Positions 52,871 to 64,000 of a DNA stretch of 64,000 bases are shown here, one piece after another. Location: NCBI GenBank assembly GCA_009914755.4, contig CP086569.2:13120001-13184000 (forward strand). The letters run 5' to 3'. Source of the stretch: the human T2T-CHM13v2.0 reference genome, Homo sapiens. The notes below the pieces were generated by a model. That model was not told the origin of the DNA, did not search any database, and saw only the letters and a list, made by a program, of their open reading frames with translations. Both the position numbers and the translations under genes were made by a program. How positions within the stretch are numbered: position 1 is the stretch's first letter; every line of letters starts with the position of its first letter.

Positions 52871-53722
52871 GTCCTAAGCATTAAGCATTCTACTGTTAGT
52901 ATTGGGACTTTACCCCTGTCCTATAATGATGTTATGCCCCAAAAATGAAGTGGAGAGCCATACCCTGAGGGAGGGAAAGGATCTCCAGAGTTGGAAGAGT
53001 GATGCCTTTTGTCCTCACTTATATGAATAGGAAAGATACCATTTCTGAAGCTCCCCATACCCTACCTTCAGGAATAGCTTTTGTTAGGCCTGCTAGTCTG
53101 AGGAGGGAAAATTCCAGAAAGTCCTCTGCCCCAGTGTGATTTTGGGCTAAAGGTATGTCTTTCTGATTGGTAAGCCTGGGTGCCTAATGAAGTTAACAGA
53201 GTCCTGAAGTTTATCTAGAAATCATTCTTATAGGAGAAACTAGAAAAGTACCAGAGACAGGGAATGGTTTTTAGAAGCAGGACTAGACTTGTAGAAGAGA
53301 GGCAAGAGGAAGTTTGTCTGACAGGCATTAGGACTCAGGATGCAAGGGTCAGGATAGATGTGCAAGTCTCACTTGGGCGACGTGACTTCAAGAGTTCCGC
53401 TCATGGCTGCAGGGTCAACCAATTTGTTGTCAGGACCTCAGAGCTGAATGGTTTTCCTCTCTGTTGACCCTTGGCTCTGCCCAGAAGTATAGGGAAAGTG
53501 GAAGCTGGTTCCAGGCAAACCAACGTTCCCAACTCCAAGGGTCCAGGGGTTGTTAAAGAGCCCTTTCCCAGAAAGCCTGACGCCCGTGTCTTTAGTCTGG
53601 TGGCCACATTAGTCACTTTCAACTGGCCGACAAGTGCCTGGTATTTAGCCCCCGAATTCTAAGAAAAAATAGGACAGAATAACAAGTTAAAATGACCCAA
53701 TGGTACTCACCACTTGGTGATT

Positions 53723-53740
53723 GTCCCTTCATGGTTGCCA
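53723..53740 (-). other. ERV9 primer-binding site (tRNA-Arg-like), 3 nt from the LTR edge
   Basis: Reverse complement TGGCAACCATGAAGGGAC. Confidence 0.7.
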
Positions 53741-53743
53741 AAA

Positions 53744-54474
53744 TGTGTCCAGAATTGGTTCCTTCTGGTAGGTTCCTGGTCTCACTGACTTCAAGAATGA
53801 AGCTGCAGATGCTCGTGGTGAGTGTTAAAGTTCTTAAAGATGGTGTGTCTGGAGTTTATTCCTTCAGATGTTCAGATGTGTCCATAGTTTCTTCCTTCCG
53901 GTGGGTTTGTGGTCTCTCTGACTTCAGGAGTCAAGCCACAGACCTTCTCAGTAAGTGTTACAATTCTCAAACTTGGCGCATCCAGAATTGTTAGTTCCTC
54001 CCATAGGTTCGTGGTCTCGCTGACTTCAGGAATGAAGCCACAGTCCCTCATGGCGTTACAGCTCATAAAGGTAGTGTGGACCCAAAGAGTAAGCAGCAGC
54101 AAGATTTATTGTGAAGAGTGAAAGAACAAAGCTTCCATAGCGTGGAAGGGGACCCAAGCCTGTTGCCACTGCTGGCTGAGATGGTCAGCTTTTATTCCCT
54201 TATTTGGCCCCGCCCACATCCTGCTGATTGGTCCATTTTACAGAGAGCTTATTGGTCCATTTTACAGAGTGCTGATTGGCCCATTTTACAGAGCACTGAT
54301 TGGTGCATTTACAATCCTTTAGCTAGACATACAGCGCTGATTGGTGCATTTTTACAGAGTGTTGACTGGTGCATTTTTAGAGTGCTGACTGATGTAGTTA
54401 CAATCCTCTAGCTAGACAGAAAACTTCTCTAAGTCCCTACTCAACCCAGGAAGTCTAGCTGGCTTCACCTGTCA
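53744..54474 (-). repeat. ERV9 5' LTR (LTR12 family)
   Basis: Collinear with 48217-48904, with extra or variant U3 repeat units (TTTTACAGAG.GCT.ATTGG.CCA). Confidence 0.85.
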
Positions 54475-54484
54475 AGATAGCAGT

Positions 54485-54750
<266 letters not shown>

Positions 54751-55169
54751 CTGTAGGGATAGCAGCTTTGGTTGGAGAAAGGAAAGACAAGCAAAAGGTA
54801 ATATAATAAGGAATTACCAAGTAAAGGAAAAGTGGAAGCTGAGGAAAGAACTGAATTGAGGAAAAGAAAGAAACATGGAATTTGAGGACCACTGCGTCCA
54901 GTTCATAGTTTTGCTCAGTCCTGGCTGAGGTCATATTTTCTTAAGGAAACACATGACACTTTTCTCAGCATATCCCTACTCAGTTATCAGGTAATGAATA
55001 TTGGACATGGGATTATTGATTCAATCCCTATCTCGTCTCTATACTTATTTCAAAACTCACTTCAAATATCTCCTCTGAGAGGAAAAACACAAACAGGAGT
55101 TCATCCCTATTGTCTCTCAGAGTCCTTTGTAAATACTCTGAGACAATGATAGCCACAGATGATTACAAT

Positions 55170-55465
55170 TTTTCTTTTTTTTGAGATGGAGTCTCGCTCT
55201 GTCAGCCAGACTGGAGCACAGTCATGCGATCTTGGTTCACTGCCAGCTCTGCCTCCCAGGTTCATGCCATTCTCTTGCCTCGGCCTCCCAAGTAGCTGGG
55301 ACTACAGGTACCCACCACCATGCCCGGCTAATTTTTTTTGTATTTTTAGTAGAGACAGGGTTTCACCATGTTAGCCAGGATGGTCTCGATCTCCTGACCT
55401 CATGATCCACCCGCCTCAGCCTCCCAAAGTGCAGAGATTATAGGCATGAGCCACCGCACCCGGCC
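55170..55465 (-). mobile_element. Alu (young, AluY-like), antisense, TSD TACAATTTTT
   Basis: T-run + GAGATGGAGTCTCGCTCTGTCAGCCAGACTGGAGCACAGTC ... GAGCCACCGCACCCGGCC. Flanks are GATTACAATTTTT| and |TACAATTTTTCAAAC. Confidence 0.9.
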
Positions 55466-55628
55466 TACAATTTTTCAAACATCTCCTTGAAGATTAAGAA
55501 TGTTTTGCAGGCAAAAGCTACATGCTCAGGACTGTGGGCCAAATCCCCAAAGTTATAGAAATGCTTTTCATCTATGCAAAGTTAGTTGAATTTTTTTGTC
55601 ACCCCATTTTTACCATATTTTAAAATCA

Positions 55629-55950
<322 letters not shown>

Positions 55951-56471
55951 AAACATAAACTCATATGTATCTGTTGGAAATTTACAGTTTATATTTATAT
56001 CAATTACCTCTCTCCTACCTTTTTAAAAAAATTCACACACTTATTAAGCAAAGAGAATGAACTTAGACATCTTATGGCCAGCCATATAAAGACAGCATGT
56101 TGACACATAGTAGTTTACATGAAAAAGAACAAAAGGCAGATGATATTAAATGTCTCTACCTGTGAGGCTGGATTCACAAATACAGAGAATTATACATTAA
56201 ATTCAATGTGCTCAAAATTCCATATATGGCTTTATCTATCTGGGCGTGATTGTGCAGCTCGGAGTACCTTCTTGTTGTCTTTGGCAGAAGACATAGACAG
56301 GATTAAAAAGAAAAAAAAAATGTGTCAATTAAATTAGTTTCCAGCATGAAATTCTCACTAGACTTGGGAGCCATATCCCTAATTCCACCTAATTCCAACA
56401 TTTTAAAATTGATTTTCTGAGGCCACTACTGCACGAATCCTGAACTCTTAATGAGTTCATTATTTTGACCC

Positions 56472-56655
56472 TTTTTTTGAGATGGAGTCTGCCTCCTGGG
56501 TTCAAGTGATTCTCCTGCCTCAGCCTCCTGAGTAGCTGGGACTACAGGCATGCACCACCAAGCTAGGCTAATTTTTGTATTTTAAGTAGAGACAGGGTTT
56601 CATCATGTTGGCCAGGCTGGTCTCAAACTCCTGACCTCAAGTGTTCTGCCGGTCT
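56472..56655 (-). mobile_element. Alu with internal deletion, antisense
   Basis: GAGATGGAGTCTGCCTCCTGGGTTCAAGTGATTCTCCTGCCTCAGCCTCCTGAGTAGCTGGGACTACAGGCATGCACCACCAAGC... Confidence 0.85.
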
Positions 56656-57093
56656 TTTGGCCAATTTTTAAAAGAACTCCTGCTGCCCCAAGCCCTGGGG
56701 CTCTTGGATGAATTTTCTCAGTGGCAAAACCTGCCCTGCAACATGCTGGCACAAGAGAATTGTCTCAATGTCCTGCCAAGCCTAAAAGCTTAAACTCAGA
56801 AAGCTTCTGTGTCCTGAATAAAGAAAGAGCCAATTAATCAAAATGAGCTGCCTCTTTTTTGACTGCAAAATGCAGAAACCACTGAATGACTAATGGTTGT
56901 ATTTAATTGGCAGTGGCAGAGGGGTTAGGACTAAGGGATATACAGCCAAATGCATTACAATGAAAGAAAAGCCCATCTGTAGTCTGCAAGTTACTACCCA
57001 TATTTGTACCTTAAAATAACACTAAGGACAAAATATAAACTCATTCCTCCTTAAACTCATTTTGCTCCAAAGCATGGATACTCTGGTCACATA

Positions 57094-57125
57094 CTACACA
57101 CACTACACACACACACACACACACA
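57094..57125. repeat. (CA)n microsatellite
   Basis: cacacacacacacacacacacacacg. Confidence 0.95.
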
Positions 57126-57136
57126 CACGTGCGTTC

Positions 57137-58395
<1,259 letters not shown>

Positions 58396-59445
58396 CACAT
58401 ACGTTCTTGGTTAAGAAAGAAAAAGGAAGAAAGGGAGGGAGAGAAGAAAGAAGAAAGGGTATGAGAGTAACAGAGAGAAAACTTACCTACACTAAAATTG
58501 ATTTAGAATCAATTTCTCAATGCCTAAGCTGATCCATTGAGTTTCAGAATACAATAGGTCAAAGGATCTTTCAACTCTGCCCATTTCAACTAGAGGTTAA
58601 AAAAAAAAAAAAAGACTAAGAAAATGTGTCCAAACAAGCCTTCCCCAACTCACCTATCAGTTGTATTTTCTCTCTAATGTCTATGAACAGAACAGACAGG
58701 CTGTTCTGAAAAGGCTTTGCCTCTTCTGGCAGCTGCCTTGAATCATTACGAAAGCATTAGCCACTCCATCTCACCTCCCTCTTCTATGGGAGGGCTGGTC
58801 CATGCTAGGCTTACCCAGATTGTTCATCTTGATAATGTGCAAATGAGGCAATCTGCGCCCCGCATTTGCAATTCCTACTATGCATCCAGGAAAAGAAAAA
58901 AAAAAAAAAAACAGCACACCAACAACAAAACATTACATTCAGCGAAACACCTACAGCTTTTCTTGCTGATGCTGAATGTTCTTATCTGTGACAACCACCA
59001 AAGCCATTCATCACACCAGGATCAAGACTGGCTGTTTTGAGCCAGAGCAATCCCGTTTGATGTCCCTTGCGTTGCGGTGACCTCATGGTCTATAGCAGTG
59101 CCTCAGGGACATCTGTGCTTCCAATTAAAGGTGTGGGTGGGGTGGACAGAAATGGAAGGTCTTCCCTGTCGTTATATCTTAATAATATTCAACAAGACAA
59201 AGTGTGGGCAATAATTTGGAAGATGGTAGGTATACTGTTCATCAACACCCTGCCCCAAATGGATGGCTATTATATTAAACAGCACAGATGGAAAGCCAGA
59301 TAGTAACTCTCCCAGCATTTTAAATAAAGATTTGAAAATATCAGAGGGCATACATAACTGTCTCCCAACAAAACACCATTTTGTGAGATGGAACACTCCA
59401 TTAAACATGCTATTATATGATTCCGTAAACTCTAGAAACCAGATT

Positions 59446-59839
<394 letters not shown>

Positions 59840-59958
59840 TAAAAGTACTTGGAGAGGAATTCTGAACTGGAATTGTCTAAAAACACCAAAAGAATATATG
59901 TTAAGGAGATGTGAACTTATTCCCTAGAATGAAAATTTACATACAAAGGGCACATGCA

Positions 59959-60266
<308 letters not shown>

Positions 60267-60548
60267 TAAAATACAAAGAATAAAAGTGTCTGTAATTCAG
60301 ATTTCCATGGCAGCTCCATGACCATTGGTTTGCAGTCTCATTGGTGAATTAGTTAAGTGACTCTGCTTTCCACAGATTCCTCTCCTCCCAGCTTCCAGGA
60401 CTCTCTTGATTCATTCTGTTTCTCCATGGAATGAGTATTCACTCTGAGGACTTCTTTCAGAATCCCTACTTATAATCACAAAAAGGTTTTCCACCTTCGT
60501 GCAACTGCTCATGGTAAAACCTTGGTTTCTAAAGAATTTACTAATCTC

Positions 60549-60877
<329 letters not shown>

Positions 60878-60917
60878 TGACTTTTCTGAGTCCATTTTAT
60901 GTTGACAAAAGCAAGAA

Positions 60918-61232
60918 GTAGCATGCCTGTGGTCCCAGCTACTGAGGAGACTGAGGCAGGGGATCGCTTGGGCCCAGAAGTTCTGGGCTATGGTGCACCA
61001 TGTTGATCGGATGTCTGCACTAAGTTCAGCGACTCCCAGGAGGAGAAGACTACCAGGCTGCCTAAGGCCAGGTGAACCACCCTAAGTCACAAAGGCAGCA
61101 GGTCAAAACTCCCGTGCTGATCAGTGGTGGAATCACATGTCTGAATAGCCACTGTACCCCACCCTGGGCAACACAGCAAGACCCTATCTCCTAAAAAAAA
61201 AAAAAAAAGAAAAAAAAGAAAAGAAAAAAGAA
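60918..61232 (+). ncRNA. 7SL (SRP) RNA processed pseudogene, 5'-truncated by ~15 nt, with poly(A) tail
   Basis: Contains the 7SL S-domain absent from Alu: ...TGTTGATCGGATGTCTGCACTAAGTTCAGCGAC...CCAGGCTGCCTAAGG..GGTGAACCACCC.AGTC..AAAGGCAGCAGGTCAAAACTCCCGTGCTGATCAGTGGTGGAATCACATGTCTGAATAGCCACTGTACC... followed by A25. Confidence 0.8.
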
Positions 61233-62860
61233 ACAGTAGCATAGCCACACTTAGCTAAATTCTAAACTTTGGTTCCTGCTATCTAATCAGTCATGTCTAT
61301 TTAATGCAATAATGCCAATGCACACAACTGTCATAAGGGCAGGAAAAGAAAACAGTAGAACACACATTGAAAAGGAACAAACCTTTGACCAAACCAGGTG
61401 TTGTTTCTTGAGCAGTGTAAAGGCAGCCCTATTAAAGGTCATGATTTGCAATGTTCTGGCGTCCATTGAGTTGTTGTCGGGGTAGGGTGCTTGTGTCTGA
61501 ATTCACCCAAATTGTTCAGAAATGGCACTTGCCTGCCATCTCTGAAAGACATAGATGAATCTTAATACAGTCCTTGTACATAGCTTTTCTATGTTGTTTT
61601 TTTTTTCCAGTAGGACAAGAAATACATGAAAGACTTCATTGTCGTGCTGGTTATAGTGACCCAGTGAGGATAAAGCTCCCCTAAGGAAAATGATAGCAGG
61701 TCTATTTTATCAAAGTTTGCATTTATTTCAAAGGTTAGCATCTGGCCAGGAAATATAATGTTCCCTCTTCTAGGAAATAAAGTGAAATTGTAATAAATGC
61801 AATGTTTATCATCCACACGCCTACATTCCTGAAATTCTTGGAGTTCACTTTTCTCATGGGTGAAATCAAGATTGGCGTGTTATCTGTGCATAGCCTTTGA
61901 TGTAAAGATGATGATACTCCCTAGCCACATTCCCTAGACGATTTCAGCTGCCTCCTAATAAGACGTTCTGACTGTTACTCTTCAGAATTATGGGATGAAG
62001 AGGGCTCCATAAACCATCTCACTCAAATAGAATCAGAACCACTCACTCTTCCAGGAGCTGAAGGGAGATTTTAAGCAGATCACAGATGACCAAGTGTCCT
62101 AGTAATGTCAGAGTTTCTGGGGAAAAAAAAAACGCTAATAAAGAACAAAAGTGCTCCCTGCATTTGTGATGCAGGAGATAATTCTTGCTGAAGTGAAGCA
62201 AAACAGACAAATTTTTTTTGCTTCTCATTAATATAAATTTTGCTTAACAATATTCAGCTCCATAGAGGATATGACACATGTCATTTTGCAATAAGCAACT
62301 TGCTGAGGTGTTTTTATGAAAAAATATCCAGGGATCTATCAAATGATGGGCAACTGACTCTTTTACCCCAAAGCCAAAGTTCGTTTGTTCATGGAATATT
62401 TATAAAATCCCAGCTGAGCATCTGACTTCCAGGGTAGACTTTGGAGTCACAATGAATGGAATCAGAATAGCTCCTCTCTCAGCAGAGAGGATCAGTGTCA
62501 GTCGTGGCTATTAAAAAGTTCAATAAAGTGTCACAGACAACAAGCTTAATGTATCCTGGGTTGAAACAGACACAGGTTAGAAAGTGAAAGGAATTCTACC
62601 TAGGGTGATCGGAAGAGAATCATAGAAAAAGATCAATGTTCTCCCGTTTTCTAATAAAGCAGTCGGCCTGTCTACAAGAAAATTGAGTGAAGCAGATTTT
62701 GTTTAAGATTGAGATAAAGTCAGCACTGCCTCCATCTGTTTCAGGTTGGGTGGAGAGGGTCATTCTCTTCAACAAGATGTTGTTTTGATACGATCCAATA
62801 TGTTCAATTATTTTAAATGTCTAGACTAGACATTGAAATTAAGAATGATGCTTCCTCCGA

Positions 62861-63175
62861 GAGTGGTGGTTCATGCCTGGAATCCCACCACTTTGGGAGT
62901 TGAGGCAAGCAGATGGCTTGAGCCCAGGAGTTTGAGACCAGCCTGGCCAACAAGGCAAAACCCTGTCTCTACTAAAAATACAAAAATTAGCTGGGTGCGG
63001 TGGCACATGACTGTAATGCCAATTATTCAGGAGGCTGAGACAGGAGAATCACTTGAACTCAGGAGATGGAGTTTGCAGTGAGCCAAGATCGCACCACTGT
63101 GCTCCAGCCTGGGCAACAGAGGGAAACTTCATTTCCAAAACAAAAAAAAAAAAACCACACAAAACAAAAAAAAAG
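62861..63175 (+). mobile_element. Alu, sense
   Basis: GAGAGTGGTGGTTCATGCCTGGAATCCCACCACTTTGGGAGTTGAGGCAAGCAGATGG ... Confidence 0.9.
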
Positions 63176-63182
63176 GAATGAT

Positions 63183-63482
63183 GGTGCGACCCAGCACAGT
63201 GGCTCACACCTGTAATCCCAATATCTTGGGAGGTTGAGGCAGGCAGATTGATTGAGCCTGGGAGTTTGAGACCAGCCTGGGCAACATAGAAAGACCCTGT
63301 CTCTACAAAAAATATTATACAAAAATTAGCCAGGCATGGTGGCACACACCTGTGGTCCCAGTTACTCAGGAGGCTGAGGTGGGAGGATCACTTTAGCTCA
63401 GGGGTTTGAGGCTGCAATGAGCTGTAATTCCGCTACTGTTCTACAGCCTGGTCAATAGAGCAAGACCCCATCTCAAAAAAAA
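63183..63482 (+). mobile_element. Alu, sense
   Basis: GGTGCGACCCAGCACAGTGGCTCACACCTGTAATCCCAATATCTTGGGAGGTTGAGGCAGG ... Confidence 0.9.
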
Positions 63483-64000
63483 TTTGTTTAATTAAAAATT
63501 TAGTCAAAAAGAATGATGCTGCATTTTTTTTCAAACCTTAAATCCAAGTAGTTTATTAGGGAGGTAATTGAGGCAGCATTGATCAGGGAAAGAGGAAGAG
63601 AGACAGGGAAAGGCAGGAAGCCAGTAGAGATTGTACTTATGAAGCAGCTTGCCACTGGGCTATTGAAGCTGAGTCTTGTGCAGAAACACTGAGATTCAGC
63701 GAGAGACCCTCAGAATTATCCAACCCAGGGACGATGAAGATGAGATATTTATCCTAGGATTCCTTTTCATCCTTCTGTCCCAGCACCTTTATTTGGTCTT
63801 CCATGCAGAGGCTGACAGCAGAGTCAATAGGACAATTTTGCCATGTGCTATGATGGCTAGGACTATGGGGCCATAAGCTGCATGTAGACAGCATTCACCA
63901 TATATACATATTTCTGTGTTAACTTGGAGGTTTCCTTGATCATTCTTTACACTTCCTGACTGGTTAACTTGAAGAAGAGGGATGAGGGGAAGCAGAAACC

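Larger units (their letters stand above)
48217..54474 (-). mobile_element. ERV9 (HERV9) provirus, ~6.26 kb, antisense: LTR12-leader/PBS(Arg)-gag-PR-pol remnant-env remnant-LTR12, with 4-bp TSD AGAT
   Basis: LTR12-type LTRs at 48217-48904 and 53744-54474 (U3 CCAATCAGC repeat units, AATAAAAGC box, R/U5 ...GAAGGAACCAATTCCA.ACACA). PBS TGGCAACCATGAAGGGAC fits tRNA-Arg (TGGCGACCACGAAGGGAC, 2 mismatches). Minus-strand ORFs: gag MA (51915..52472), CA MHR (51341..51631), NC zinc knuckle CYLCGLKGHLKKDC (51054..51242), protease LLDTGLAF (50713..50955). Env TM ...LDFLTAEKGGLCTFLGKECCFY... (49320..49580) and tail ...FRPCIFNLLVKFVSSRIEAIKVQ...SAGSS* ends at 48956. AGAT at 48213-48216 and 54475-54478. Confidence 0.85.

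Overview
This window is primate (human-like) genomic DNA, not a prokaryotic locus. The evidence is about 30 Alu elements (full, truncated or nested), several L1 3' ends, two gammaretrovirus-like endogenous proviruses, a 7SL processed pseudogene, and GT-AG introns. Most ORFs in the six-frame track are artefacts of translating repeats.

Main features:
- The window opens inside a ~5.6-kb minisatellite with a ~29-bp unit (consensus about CCTGTGCAGGACACACTTCCTGTTCCTCC, roughly 190 copies). A ~280-bp polypyrimidine (TTTC)n block follows it.
- The only host-gene signal is two minus-strand exons with canonical splice sites (45467..45318 and 41542..41421). They encode the N-terminus of an Xp22.3-cluster arylsulfatase (ARSD/ARSE/ARSF/ARSH type; closest to ARSF by recollection).
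- That arylsulfatase copy carries inactivating changes. The catalytic CxPSR motif reads CSPSW, an in-frame TGA replaces the conserved Arg of YPIRSGM, and the metal-binding DD reads DN. It looks like an arylsulfatase pseudogene, as known for the Y-linked ARSDP1/ARSEP1/ARSFP1 copies.
- A ~1.07-kb GA-rich (CT on the gene strand) tract runs directly into the 3' splice site of the second exon.
- A HERV-E provirus lies at 32912-39474 (+). It has LTR2-type LTRs, a tRNA-Glu PBS, a gag-pol internal deletion and a 4-bp AGAC target-site duplication.
- An ERV9 provirus lies at 48217-54474 (-). It has LTR12 LTRs, a tRNA-Arg PBS and a 4-bp AGAT target-site duplication. It sits about 2.75 kb upstream of the first arylsulfatase exon in the same orientation.

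No CRISPR array, rRNA gene, tRNA gene or intact protein-coding gene is supported by the sequence.
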